A stretch of DNA of 61,489 bases, the filler included, from Circinaria calcarea (taxonomy: Eukaryota), in the NCBI GenBank assembly GCA_051942165.1. It is 7 parts of 7 records of this genome, joined end to end, with 100 filler letters (N's around TTAATTAATTAA, not from the genome) between each part and the next. Parts side by side here need not be neighbours in the genome. Positions count along the whole stretch, not along the records: positions 1 to 8,708 come from JAVECS010001066.1; positions 8,809 to 17,513 come from JAVECS010001067.1; 5 more parts are not named here. The stretch is one strand, 5' to 3'. Each line of letters begins with the position of its first letter. Position 1 is the first letter of the stretch. Made by a program: the position numbers and the translations under genes. The notes below the pieces were generated by a model, which worked only from the letters and a program-made list of their open reading frames with translations, did not search any database and was not told the origin of the DNA. Below, in pieces: positions 1-15,099 of this stretch.

Positions 1-41
1 TAATAGGGCACAGACTCAGCGTCGAATCATCACCACTGAGC

Positions 42-1253
42 TCAAGCAATTTTGCGTCCAACATTGCCGACACCTCTACCCACAACGCTAACAACGATAT
101 CTCCATCTTGACCTGAAGCGGCATCTCTGATGCCCCAGCCACTTGCACCAAAGGCCTTCAGATCTCGGGCAAGACCGATTATCTCATCAGTGCCGATCAT
201 GTCCCTCCCAACTTGCAATCGACCAACGTCTTCGGACCCCATGGCCATTAGCGTTAACAAAGTTGGAGCCGCTGCAAGGGACGTGACCCCCCCAAGAGAG
301 ATGACTTCGAGTAGTTGGTATGCACAATGCTGACCGATTTCTTCGGGAGGCTGACCACCTGATGGTGGCGATGCAAGGTCCGCGGAATAAAGGGAGCCGG
401 TAGAGGACTCTGCCACAAGAGACAGTCCAAAGCCAATGCCAGTCTTTCGCTTTGCGTTCGGATTGGCCTTGTCTGGCGAAGCTACAAAGGGGGCCGAAGA
501 CACATCAGAGAAAATATAAGTGTCGCCGGTCATTGGATTCAAAACACCTCGTGCTGCTTCTATCATGCGGGCATTGTTGGATGCAGAAACACCAGTACAA
601 TATGCCACGCCCCGGATTCTCTTTATCCTTCCAGGATTTAGGAGATGTATGGTCTTTGGTAGTCGTACTTGATGTCCAAATACCAATTGCACTTCACCAG
701 CACCCCCTCTTCCTCCCGATCCAGGGTTGGATCTACGTAGTATTCGTAACTCGATGTTATTTGTGATTCCGAATTGCGAATATAGCGGTAGTATGGCGGT
801 ACGTACGCTGTCTGCAGACATGTCTCCCGTGTGCGTAGCGGATGTGATAACCCCTGAACCTGTGAAAAGTATATTTATTGGGGCTTTCGAGAAAGGTGCC
901 AGCAGACATAGTGGAATAAGAAAGTAGCTGATCCCTCTTGCGCATTCTGCTGGGAGCTCATGCCGTATGACCCCACCACTTGCACCGGAGCCTGGAGTAC
1001 TGCCTGTAATGAGTCCGGGACGATAGAGTAACGTTGTGCCAGTGTATGAAATTTCAATATGTGAGCCGTTGGTGATGGCTTCGAGCAAGCGGAGAAATGA
1101 TATCTCATGCGGCGCAAGACCTGGGTTCGCAGGCGATGAGGGACGGATTTGTGATATATGAATTGTACGACCTGTCAGGGTGGAGAGGACCAGGCGGTGG
1201 GCGAGAGCTCTTTGTGTCTTGAACCGCAGTGGACCTCTTTCTGCGTCTGCCAT
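42..1253 (-). CDS. RCL1: RNA 3'-terminal phosphate cyclase-like protein (18S rRNA processing)
   Basis: ORF with RLVLSTLTGR..I..IR, EISFLRLLEAITNGS.IEISYTGT, LAPFSK, RIRGVAY, GFGLSLVAES and a C-terminal G.GVGNVGRKIA, all typical of fungal Rcl1; first ATG (MADAERG) at 1253. Confidence 0.93.
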   Translation of the reverse strand: MADAERGPLRFKTQRALAHRLVLSTLTGRTIHISQIRPSSPANPGLAPHEISFLRLLEAITNGSHIEISYTGTTLLYRPGLITGSTPGSGASGGVIRHELPAECARGISYFLIPLCLLAPFSKAPINILFTGSGVITSATHTGDMSADSVRTAILPLYSQFGITNNIELRILRRSNPGSGGRGGAGEVQLVFGHQVRLPKTIHLLNPGRIKRIRGVAYCTGVSASNNARMIEAARGVLNPMTGDTYIFSDVSSAPFVASPDKANPNAKRKTGIGFGLSLVAESSTGSLYSADLASPPSGGQPPEEIGQHCAYQLLEVISLGGVTSLAAAPTLLTLMAMGSEDVGRLQVGRDMIGTDEIIGLARDLKAFGASGWGIRDAASGQDGDIVVSVVGRGVGNVGRKIA

Positions 1254-1973
1254 TATAAAGTCTAAAGGCGACACTTACCTGGAGAGCATCAGTAGGCGTT
1301 GATATATTCTTTCTATGATTTTCTTCCATACCAGTAGTTGTGAACTTTGACGAAACTGTGCCCGGTGATTTGGAATATCAGCCGGAAAGACGGTGCAATT
1401 GTCTTAAGATTAAAATTCTAGAATAATTATTTGGTAAAGAAAAGTTTGGCAAAATGGTAAATCGAACTTAGACCTCTGAAAGTGGGTAAAGCTCAGGAAA
1501 CTAGGTAAACCCACTTGAATCCCTACGAAACTTGGATTTCCCAATTGTAGGGACTGGAACCTACTCATAGAAACCAGGGAAACCCCATTCGAATCTTGAG
1601 ATTACCGGCGACACAGCCGTGGCATCTTACGGGACATATTTACCACCGGTGAAAGAATCTATTCCCCTATAATTTAAATAAACGCTGATACGGAGCTGCT
1701 TTCATCCTCCCCGTATTTGTTCCTTATAGTATTGTGATCTGGGGTTCTACCTTTCTAGTCAATTTGTATCATCTTACGCAGATGACTTCTTCTACCATTA
1801 GATTTCCACATTGCCTATACTCTCAGCAATACTATACCAGCGCCCAACCTCGCTTCATTTACTCATCTCTACGAAAATACCACAACAACTTAGCCAGAGT
1901 GTCCAGTCCTCGAGCGCTATTATATCACGTCCCCTAGGACTTAATTACATGAGACAGCGAACCCGCATCTACC

Positions 1974-2624
1974 ATGCTTCCCAGTCCATTGAACATGCCT
2001 AAATGGCAAGTCCATTACCTGGGGGACCCAAAAGGCGCTTTCACTGACCACCTGCCTAGGCTCGAAGAGAACTCCCACCTCCTGAAACCCCCAATCAACA
2101 ACTACTGCGTCTACAAAAAGGACGTCACAGTAATGGTACCGCTCCCTTTTATCTTGAAACCCCGCTCTGTTGGACTCCCTGACTCCATCGCTCACCCCAA
2201 CCAGATCGTCGGCGGCCCCAACGCCCGAACAGACTACCACATCAACGAGACCTGCGAATGGTTCTACCAATACCGCGGCAGCATGCTTCTCAAAGTCGTC
2301 GACACCGGCACCCATAGGGACATCCCGATCCGGGAAGGTGAAATGTTCCTCCTGCCACCCAACACGCCGCATAACCCTATTCGCTTCGCCGACACGGTGG
2401 GCATCGTAATCGAGCAGCCCCGGCCCGCAGACAGCAAGGACCGGCTGAGGTGGTATTGCCAAAGCTGCGGGGAAGTCGTGCATGAAGCGGCGTTTCACTG
2501 TACGGATTTGGGAACGCAGATCAAGGAAGCGGTGGTGGGCTTTGAAAAGGACAAGGAAGCGAGGACGTGTGGGAAATGCGGGGAGGTGGTGGAGATGGTG
2601 CCGAAGGGCGTGGTACAGCCGTGA
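1974..2624 (+). CDS. BNA1: 3-hydroxyanthranilate 3,4-dioxygenase (kynurenine/NAD pathway); introns 2006-2059 (GC-AG) and 2136-2204
   Basis: Spliced protein [61 protein letters not shown], RWYCxxC and C-terminal CxxC rubredoxin-like sites. Confidence 0.95.
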   Translation: MLPSPLNMPKWQVHYLGDPKGAFTDHLPRLEENSHLLKPPINNYCVYKKDVTVMVPLPFILKPRSVGLPDSIAHPNQIVGGPNARTDYHINETCEWFYQYRGSMLLKVVDTGTHRDIPIREGEMFLLPPNTPHNPIRFADTVGIVIEQPRPADSKDRLRWYCQSCGEVVHEAAFHCTDLGTQIKEAVVGFEKDKEARTCGKCGEVVEMVPKGVVQP

Positions 2625-3184
2625 GGGTATGAGCCTGTGGGGAACACAAAGTGTGCGTGATGGGAAATGTATAACGACGTGTACGATGATGTCAATCTAG
2701 ACCATTAGGGCAGTGTGGTCGATATTTGTACCTATTACATGCCTGTTTCTACAACGGTATCTGGCAAATTAACTGTTTACTCTCGCATGTCGGCTGGCAC
2801 TGTTGCCACTAATGACACTGCTCAGCCCTCCCGGACATCCGATGGTAAAAACATGTTTGAAATACTTTTGGAAGCTTCGCCCAGAGAACAGCAAGGGACC
2901 TGATCTTGGCCCCCTTGGTCCGATCTTCACAGTCTCGTGCTTATTTTGCCAGACGCCGTCGTGAGAGTATGGAGCAAAAGACTCGACACTTTTTCCGCCT
3001 AAAAAGCTTAGACCTGTCCAATGACTTTTGCTCCATACTCTTACGTTAGCTATCATGTACATAGCCAATCTTCCACGAACTCGTCACCATGTTCTTGTAA
3101 AACTAGGAATAAATGTTTGCACTTGAACCAGATAGTTGGCATAGCCTCTTGGAATATCGTTGACACAAGACGAAAGATTCCACA

Positions 3185-5558
3185 CTATCGTACACTCATC
3201 TCTTTCGTCTCTCTCTCCAATGCAAGACTTTGCACCTCGAATCCTTCTTCCCCTTCCTCCTTATACGCCGGGAGTCCGACAAATTTGTTGATCCAATTCA
3301 AAACGACCGTATGCCAGACAAGACTGTTCTCCTCCTTGAGGACCCAGTGATTCTCATCCGGAAACGTCAGAAATCTGCTCTCGACCCCCCGTTCCTGCAA
3401 GACGTTGAAGGCCGCCAAGCCCTCGCTGATAGGTAAGCGGAAATCCAATCCGTTGTGGATGACTAGTTCAGGCGTGCTCCAGTTACCGGTGTGTCTTGAT
3501 GGGTCCCAACGATCCCACTTCTCTTGCGCGGTCCAGACCGGTCCGCCGAGATCGTGGTTAGGAAAGTATTGCTCATCAGAGGACATTTGGTTACCCATGC
3601 TGAAAACGCCGTCGTGACAGACCAGAGCCTTGAGTTTGCGCCCGAGGGGGTGGCCGTTTATCCAATTCATCATGTAACCGCCGTAAGACGCGCCGAGGGC
3701 GACTGCCCGATCGGTGTCTACATAGGACAGGTTGTCTTTAATGTACTCGAATCCGTTGACAAGATCTTCGTACGGGAGGCTTCCCCAGTTATTTTTAATT
3801 GCGTCGCAGAAGTCCTGGCCGTAACCGGTGCTGCCAGTTGGGTTGGGTGCAATCGCAATGTAGCCTTGCTCTGCGAATACTGCGGGATTCCAGCGGGTGC
3901 TCCATTGATCTCCCCATGCGCCTTGGGGCCCACCATGTATCAGATACGCCAGGGGATACTTCTTGCCCTCTACAAAGTTGGAAGGCTTGATAACCCATGC
4001 GTGGACCTTGTAGTCACCTGACCCCTTGAACCAAATATCGGAAACCTGCTGTTTTCCCAAGCCGAAGGAGCTTCCATTGCGCGAGAACGAGGAAACTTGC
4101 TTGATACTTGATGGATTAGCCGGATTGATGATACTGAAAACACTACTGTCTATCAGGCTACTGCCAGATATGAACAAGTCAGGAGAATCTGCCGCAAGTG
4201 GGTAAACTTCCGATATGTAACCTGCGTCGGTTACCTTCTCCGGTAACGCATCCAGATCCGTTGGCGTTGCTGGAACATCAACCTTGAACAAAATATTTCG
4301 CCCTTCTTCTTCTGCTGTCAAGAACAGGCTCTTGCCGTCGTTGCTCCATAAGATGCTCTGCGGACTTCGATCCCACATTCCTTTGCCGTCGTTTGACTTT
4401 AAGACCTCGGTTGCAGCTGACGTTTTCGTAAGATCGGGAATTAGAACGAGTCTGTTCTTGTCACTCTCATACCCATTCTTCTTCATGTTAAGAAAGGCCG
4501 CGGCTTGGCCGTTTGGCGAAATTGCAGGAGAACTGCATGCTCCTTCGAGATCCTCAACTTCTACCTTCACCGGCTTTGACGATGTGGCGGTTGTGAAACT
4601 TAATACAGGCAAATAGTAGAAGTGACATGTAGTATTAGTGGCAGGATTCAGGGTTGGATCCTTTGCGACGAATGCGATGCCTTTCTTGCTAATATCGAAA
4701 TGTCCAGAGTCGCCGAATGGTGGGATGGGGGACTCCAGGTATGTGTTCTCAAGCGCGTTCATCACAGGCGAGAGAGTGTAACGGCCACTGGATCCCGTAA
4801 CGTGCGACTTTGGTGTTTGGAGAACGCCATACCATATTGAGTTCCTGTTCGGACTCACATATTTGTCCCAGTGGCGTACCATGAGAAAGTCATAGACTCG
4901 ACCGGTGGAGTACGTCTTAGGCGCATTCTCGGGGTTGTATAGATCACCATCTGGCTTGGCCTTCCCAACAAAGGCGATGGCTACACGGCCTTTGTCCAGA
5001 ACTTTGAGCTTCGCGTCCGATACTGGTCCGGGCACAGTCCCCGCAACATATGTTTCCCGTGCTCCTTCAGTGCTCCCGATTATCAGCTCCGTGCTGCCTT
5101 TCTCCCCTTCCCTAAACCATAATATTTCATTTTCCAGCCAATGAGGCTCACTTGTCTTCTCCTCGTTAGTCACCAGTGTCGATTGGCCGTTGCCAATGTC
5201 TAAAATTCTAATCTCCCTTATCTTTTTGTGCGACTCGAATGAATACGTTGAAACAGTGTATAAGGCCAAGGTGCCTCTTGCATTAGGTGTTGCACAGGAA
5301 CGGCGAGGTGCGCTAAGGAGAACTCTAGTTCACGGATATTAGAGACCACGCCTAAGAATGTTTGCTGGCCTGTGCTCACTCGGGGGTAAACTTGGTAGCA
5401 CGAATTGTCATCTCTGCTGATTCCTGTGGGAGTTTGGATTGAATGGTAGCTGAAGGAGAGCGGTAGACAAGCAGAGAAACGAAAAGCGCAATGTAAAGGA
5501 GACTGACGGCGGATATGCCGGAGAAGATGGCGAGATATATGGTCCTTGTCGCAATCAT
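3185..5558 (-). CDS. DPP5: Dipeptidyl-peptidase V-type S9 serine peptidase; intron 5325-5379; alternative start at MTIRATKFTPE
   Basis: FTPEVLLSAPRRS after splicing, VRHWDKY, LIHGGPQGAW, GASYGG nucleophile, DFR and FPDENHW catalytic motifs. Confidence 0.9.
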
Positions 5559-6611
5559 TGCAAGAACCTACCATTGCTAATGTACCGGCAGATATGGGGG
5601 GATCCGAACGCGGGGTTAGAGTACGCTCTAGCTGTCGATAGAAGGTCGATAGCGTCTCCACGAAATCATGATTCATTCAGGAAGTCGAATCGTAGATCAA
5701 GATATATTTATGTCATTCCGAGCGCTGTGGCCCTTCAGGCATTGTGACACGTATGTGGGATGAAATGTTTGAGTTTTGGGGACTGGGAAAATGTTGGTCG
5801 CAAAGAACACACTCAATCGAATGGACTGCAAACCTCTCAAAGCTAAATGAAGAGTCAACATCCCTACCGAGACGATATCCATCGCGTGTGGGTTTTGAAT
5901 ACAGAACGATATCCTTATCTGGAAACGGTGAGTACTGTTGGAGGTTTTCAGTTACGGAAGGTGTGAATGCTGTGAACTCGACCCCTGTGTCAAGTCTAGC
6001 AATTGCTACGAGAAATAAACAGTGTCAATATCAGGTTTTATATGACCAGTTCGATGATGAACTAATGCTGAAGGAAAGCCATATAAAATTGAAGAATTCA
6101 GCGTACCATATCGTCGCATTGCGCCAACCGGGCATTGAACCCAAGCATCCTCAATCAAACTCCTATATCAGAGAAAGAAGAAAGATAAAATGTACCAGAC
6201 TGTCGCGCTGCACCAATTGTACTGCGCCGATTGTGGATTGAAAGCAAAAACCCCCAATCGAGCCCATCCGAGAACATGCGAAAAAGAAAGGGGTCAGATC
6301 ATCCCGTCGTGCAACCAGTTGATAGTGTTTTGGATCAACGTCTCCAGCTCCGCTCCTTGTCGCCCGACTCCTCGACTCCCGCCCTCGACTCCTCCTCCCC
6401 TCAAACACTCCTCCGCTCGACTCCTCCTCCCTCGCGCCAGACTATCCCGCTGCGCATCCTCCCTTACAGACACGTTAGCAAGAGAATGGTTGCCCTAATG
6501 AATACCCCTAGAAGCCAACAAACTCACAAACGGTCAAGAGACTTGGTAGATGCCCCTAAAGTCTCCTAGAAGTTGAAAGGCCCTAGAGCCCAAGCTGCTT
6601 TCTGCCAAAGC

Positions 6612-7021
6612 GGCTGTCCACTAATCTTTTGTCAGTGTTGCGAGGGAGATACTCACCGTCCAGAGACCGTCTTCCACCAGATTTCCTCTGCCAATGCCGC
6701 TGTCTACTAATCTTTTGTCAGTGTTGCGAGGGAGATACTTACCGTCCAGAAACCGGCTTCCACCACAATCTCCTGTCAAAGTAGCTGTCCACTAATCTTT
6801 TGTGAACATCACGACGGAGATACCTACCGTCCATGGAACGCCTTCCATCACGTCGTCTCTGCCAGAGCCGCTGTCCATCAACCTGTTTGCTCGTCAGCTT
6901 TGTTTGTCAGCACTATGCGAGGGAATTACTTACAGTCCACAGGACGCCTTCCATCACGTCGTCTCTGCCAGAGCAATTGCTAACCTGTTGTTTGTCAGCA
7001 AACCGCGAAGGAGGGACTCAC
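6612..7021 (-). repeat. Degenerate tandem array of about five ~85-bp units, each containing a mini-intron-like segment (36 nt in the first three) on the minus strand
   Basis: Repeated gctgtccactaatcttttgtcagt..gagatact(c/t)accgtcca; the reverse complement reads GTRAGT...CTGAC AAAAGATTAG. Confidence 0.7.
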
Positions 7022-7625
7022 CGTATAGGGATCACCATCCATCACGTCGACCGCAACACCACCCACCGTCCCAACATACCAAACCCCGATCGAGTCCTCC
7101 AGTCGTCGTCGAGTGTTGCTGAAAGTGTGGTAAGCACAAGGTCAAACATTGGAGCAAATCTTACTTACAACTCACAGAAGTCCGTCGCGCCAACAGCCCG
7201 GTCAAAGGATGCACAAGACATTCGGCCCAACTGCCGCGCCTACGACGAGGTTAACCAAGAAGGATAGGGGGAAGTTGATGGAGATGTACTTACAGTGGTG
7301 AGTCTTCGATCTTGCCATCAAAGCTTCCTTTGACCGCATACCCAAGTCTATGAAATGCATTAGCTGATGATCATCAAGTGCAGATACGGAAGCAACTTAC
7401 CACCCCGCTTAACAATCGAAGTATCCAAACGCCAAAACTCCAAACACCCAAAAAAAGAACCGAGAACAAAACTGAGGAAAGATAGTGGCGATGAGAAGCA
7501 TCGGAGTTGGAGAAGAGATCGTGTTCGCTAGCATTCGACTGCTCAGGGTGCCGCGCCCAAGTTGGCTAGACTTCGCGGTGCGTGTGGTTGTCAAGTCGAG
7601 TGATGCTGATGGGTGCAAACAGTGA

Positions 7626-8544
7626 TCATTCCTCCTCGTCTTCGTCATCGTCATCGGGCCATCCGCCCTTCGGGGCCCATCCATCCCAGAAGTTGCTTGG
7701 GTACCGCCATCTGACGGGCTTGATGTACTGGGCCCTGTTCCAGCTCACCGTCTTGAGCTTGGCTGGAAGGGAAGTTTCTTCCGAAGGAGTTGTCGAACCG
7801 GAAGTCGAGCAGTCTGAGGCGTGCTCGGCGGCATGGTTAGCCAGGAAGGTGCTATGGCGCTGAGGCCACCAACAACAGCTGATGTTGTCGCAGTTACGGT
7901 CTGGTCCGCCTACTGCTGGTGTGTGCGCCTTGAACCAGGCGTCGTTGATGCGCTCTACCTCCTTGAGCCTTGCATCGCCCTCGAAGTTGTAGACGCCGAG
8001 GTCCCTTGTCTTGCGCAGTTCCCGTCTAATCGGTATACCGCTGGCGGCGTCGGAGGCTTGTGGCCTGATTGATGTCAGCATTAGTCTATCCATATCTGGG
8101 GTTGAGGTCTTCTGACTTAGCCTCGACGATGTCGAGTGGTTCCCTTCTCATCAGGATACCACGGATGGCCGAGCGACTGCGGTCTGATCCGTCTGTCGCT
8201 GGCGGGGAGGAAGCCTGTGACTTGGCCTCCGTGGGAGTCTTGCAACTGCCGTCCAATCGGTCTGTTGCAGGTCGAGGAAGTTTGCTGCAGCTCCGGTCTG
8301 ATCCGTCTGCTGCTGCTGCTGCTGGTGAAGCGGCCTGTGACTTGGCCTCGGCGAATTTGTGACTTTTGACAAGTCGAGGGATTTTGGAAACCCGTGGCCC
8401 GGTCTCCGTGAGGTCGCTGCAGCTGCGGTCTAATCCGTCTGCTGCAGGAGTTTGGGCTTGTGGTTGAGCCCATGGTCGAAGGCGAGCCTGCCGTGCCAGG
8501 CGTCGCTCGGACAAGGAGGATTGAACAATAGTCTGGCGAGGCAT
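7626..8544 (-). CDS. Orphan protein (possibly degenerate) with internal repeats ADGxDRSCS / EAKSQA and an acidic C-terminus
   Basis: Two consecutive ORFs (8086-8544 and 7626-8093) separated by an intron-like stretch (branch CTGAC, CAG acceptor near 8065, non-canonical donor); no recognisable family. Confidence 0.35.
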
Positions 8545-8708
8545 TGTAAAATGACACTCTAGAGACGACTAAGTGTTCGGAGAGAAAGAGAAGGTGCAGA
8601 AAGATCTCAGTGACTTGGCCAAGAGAGAAGTGCTCGTATGTGCTTGAAAGAAGTTGGCAGTTGGCAGAATACGAGAGCTGGGCAGGAATTCCTGTGAAGA
8701 AGGAAGAA

Positions 8709-8808
8709 NNNNNNNNNNNNNNNNNNNNNNNNNNNNNNNNNNNNNNNNNNNNTTAATTAATTAANNNNNNNNNNNNNNNNNNNNNNNNNNNNNNNNNNNN
8801 NNNNNNNN
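8709..8808. other. Artificial contig linker N44-TTAATTAATTAA-N44 (also at 17514-17613, 26314-26413, 35114-35213, 43907-44006, 52700-52799)
   Basis: Identical 100-nt spacer with stops in all six frames; the segments between linkers are 8705, 8700, 8700, 8693 and 8693 nt, i.e. size-sorted. Confidence 0.98.
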
Positions 8809-9696
8809 GAGGAGGTAAAGAATAGCATCAAAGCTCAGAGGGCGCACGTCGATGAATTGATGTCTTCAAGGTTTGTCATTTGATTGAGGATTGGTCATGG
8901 GATACCCACTCATCCTACACAAAAGGTGTGGAATTATCTACATGTGGCCTATGCTTCCTTTGGTTGGGTTCTGGGGAGGGTAGGATCATATGATGGACTG
9001 GCATCACTGGATTTCATATGATGGGGTTATGCTTATGGAGTTGTGCGGTTTCTTGCATAATTTCTTCAGCATCTGTCAATTTGGCCGGGATCGCGCGAAG
9101 ACTTCTGTTACTGGGGTATTTCCTACGTGTCAATGTTAAACTTTGGCATGGTTCAAGACTTCATCATCCAGCATTACCTGAAGAAATCCTGATCGTACGA
9201 GCCGTCCTCTACCTCAGAGATGAAGTTATAATGGAGCAATTGCCGCCTAGGATCTATAGCTACATGTAGTTAGTTGTTTATTGCTCCTATTGCTTCACAC
9301 CATTTGAGTTCCAAACCTTATGGCCACAATCCCAGCATCTAAATGTCTCACTTCTATTATTCTCCAGGCTCATACCGCATCCACTTTACAAGATCCATCC
9401 TCTTGAAGCTTCTACACGATCCCCATGCGCCAATTGCCAATCCTCAGTTCCCATACTTCCACGGAAAATGGCTCGGACTACATTAGGGATACTGGCTATT
9501 CCTGAGACGCTTTCTCAATATCAACCTCTCGGCAAAATCGACCCGGAATAACGTCATCACATACAGAGAAGGATGCGCCGCTTCTCTGTTTATTAACTTG
9601 TGTTGACCAAACGTACATGCGCTAGCAACAAAAGAGATGTGTATGTAGCCTCGCCCTTGCTGTAATTTCATAGTCCATCTTGGTCATCTACTCTAC

Positions 9697-12389
<2,693 letters not shown>

Positions 12390-12831
12390 TTACGGAGAGA
12401 AATCAGACAGAGGCAACTTAGAAGGTAAATTCAAGCAGGAAGCGTGTCTAGTAAATCGGGGGCACTCACCTACTATACGTTATTTACAGATCCAACAATA
12501 CCTATCTCGGCAGCCATGAATAACCCCCACAGCGATCGACCTGAAATAAACGGGATTCGAGTGGGGTCTGAAAGTGTCCATAGTAATTGTCGGGCCACGG
12601 GCTGGCATGTCCTCCACTAAGGTACGTTTCTGGTCAGAGTATGCGCGCATTTCTGTGCCTCCCGAGCTGCAGTAGTCTACAATTGCAAATTCTGGAGGCA
12701 TATCATTCCGTGTCGCACTATGGACACCACCCATCAGCATTCTTTCTCGAGGGCTCTCTACTTTGTCCCTCAATTCTCCCCGTCTTAACATCTGGCCTGT
12801 AAGATACATACCTCTTCTTCTGCTGTCTATA

Positions 12832-13370
12832 ATGTCCGCACCAGCTCTTGGAAGCACTTTCCCTCCTCCAGCACCCGTACCCTCTCTATCAATTACTCCA
12901 AATGTCCCCCAAACGGCCTTGGCCGAGCTTGTTGTGCTCATGGTATTTGAATTTGTGGTGTTGGTCTGTATTATTCTCCGTGTGTAGGCTAGACTGAAGA
13001 AAAGAGTTGGCTTTGCCCCCATTGACTATGCTATTTTCTGGGCCTTTCTATGGGCGTCTGGTCTTACTTTCAGCTCGCTTGCATCCATTTTGTAAGGCCA
13101 TCACATAGCCGAGATCATTGAGCTTGCGCCTGAACGTCTTCTAGCGATGGCTGAGGTGAGTTTCGCAATAGATGTGATAGACTTCGAGCGACTATAGCTG
13201 GCTGCGGGTAGCTCTTCCTCGCTGCCCAATTCACTTGGGCACTAGCAAATGCGGGCGTTAAAGTTTCCATCATTGACCTCTATATAAAGATCTTTGGAAG
13301 TAATCGTATGTTCTGCAGAGTATGTTTTGTACTCATGGGCTTTGGAATAGTAGTAGCTAATTATCTAGAC
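12832..13370 (+). pseudogene. PTH11-like/rhodopsin-family integral membrane protein remnant
   Basis: VVLVCIILRV*ARLKKRVGFAPIDYAIFWAFLW ... AQFTWALANAGVKVSIIDLYIKIF pattern with in-frame stops; intron at about 13156-13211. Confidence 0.65.
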
Positions 13371-13376
13371 GATTTC

Positions 13377-15099
13377 TCACAGCATGGCCTTCCATCTTGG
13401 CTGTCTCCACAAAGCTCCAATCTGCGGCTGGGACTTTCGAGCAAGCATTGGCTCCTCGGCGGCATATTGCAAGTATGCACCCATTATCTTAATACCCCCT
13501 CGATGTAGTTGGACACATCCAGCTTTCATTTTCCGAGTGCGACCCATCCGTCGAACTAACCAATGGGGACCAGCATCACATCTTTGCCGGCTGCTTGCTG
13601 GATGTCGACCGCGACCGGAATGCTGCCCGAGTGTGCATCAGCATAAGCTCCCAAATGCCAGTGGGGTCATCGAGGTATACCTTCCGCCTTCCCGGGTCAA
13701 AGCGGGCTCGACCCTGAAAACCGTCTTCATTGCCTTGGCTACTACAGTGAAGTTCCAGTTCGTATGGTCGGAGAGCAACCAGGGGCACTCTTCCGTGGAT
13801 TCTACCTGCAAGGTGTTCTTGCTGCCGAGTCTAGCGAATTCCTTCTTCACGAAGTCGGTGACCATTTCGTTGAGCTTAGCATTCTCCATGTCTGAACGGT
13901 TCTAATCGAGAATTTTCCAATAACCTTAGCTGGGATTATAGTCTAAGTCCCCGGGCCGGCGTATGCGCCTTCGATGCCGTGGACGGTCAGAGACGGAAAG
14001 CACCACCGTGCCATTGTAGTCGGTGTTTTTTCATCATACATTGTCGTCTTCGAGCCGATTTCGTCTCAGTATTGCTCCATAGTGAAGTCGATATCTTCAT
14101 AAATCTTCCACTCGTCGTCCGTGACGGAGGCAACCATATCGTTGACACCTATAATTTGGATTTGGCCTTTCGTATCCACGAGCGATCCTAGTATGCGCAC
14201 AAGATCGTTCAAAGGTTCTTGAACGGTGCCTCTATAGATGCCACTGTGGATGTTTTCTCGAGGTCCGCTGACAGTGACTTCGTAGCAGACAATGCCACGC
14301 AAACCGCATGTCAAGCAAGGTCTGTGGGTGTCTAACCAGTGATTGTCAGATATGCTAATATCATTTACCTTCTCAAACAGCCCTCCAACTTCTGTTTGTC
14401 CCTCAATGAACGCTTTCAGTCCTTGGCTGCCAGAATCTTACATCCCCTCAAAACACATGATCAGGTTGACTGGGATCTCGATACCGGCCTCCTGGTATGC
14501 TTCGATTATATTCAGCCAGGCAATTATAGGGCCCTTGTCATCGGTGGTCCCTCGCCCATACATTGTCCCATCTTCGACGCTTAGCTTGAAAGGGTCTAGG
14601 TCCGTGGTAGAGGCTGACTGAACATCGTAATGGCCATAGATGAAGATATTACGCTTGGTGGGAAACGATCCATAGTGAGCTACAACGGCTGGAGGCAGGT
14701 CAACGTCTTCTTCGCCAGGTTGTTTGCCTCAGGGCCACGTCTTGGCTTCGGCTCCTAGATTTTGAAGCTCCCTAACCAGAAAATCGGCCATCTATCAAGC
14801 GTTAGCATGCATTTATACAACGCTTTAGACTGCTTGAGGGTACCTCAACGACTTTAGGCCGAAAAAGAATGTCGCCGGAAACGGAATGGTATGAAACGGC
14901 ATCTGCAAGACCTTCCAAAGCTGTGTGAGATAAACAATAGTAATAAGGATAGGAGAAGGAGCAACATACGGGTAATGAATTTGTCTTTCGGGTAATCCAC
15001 CCTATGGTTTCAACGGTTAGCAGTTAAGCAAATAAGAAACCGAGGTCCTACATATACCTTTAAGAAAAAACCGTCGAGCTGCATAGTATTGGGAGCCAT
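13377..15099 (-). pseudogene. DUG1: Cys-Gly metallodipeptidase (M20A, CNDP2/Dug1-like) pseudogene
   Basis: IYGHYDVQ, MYGRGTTDDKGP, MCFEGM*DSGS, ISDNHWL, GLRG, IHSG, FPSLTVHGIEGA, GKFSIRTV, TREGG, AHSENE; several stops and frameshifts. Confidence 0.85.

Noticed and set aside
3185..5558. DPP5 (or the Dug1-like gene) as the processing peptidase of the RiPP cluster
   Set aside because: They lie on different contigs joined only by artificial linkers, so proximity carries no information
8753..8764. TTAATTAATTAA palindrome recurring every ~8.8 kb
   Set aside because: Assembly spacer with six-frame stops, not biological
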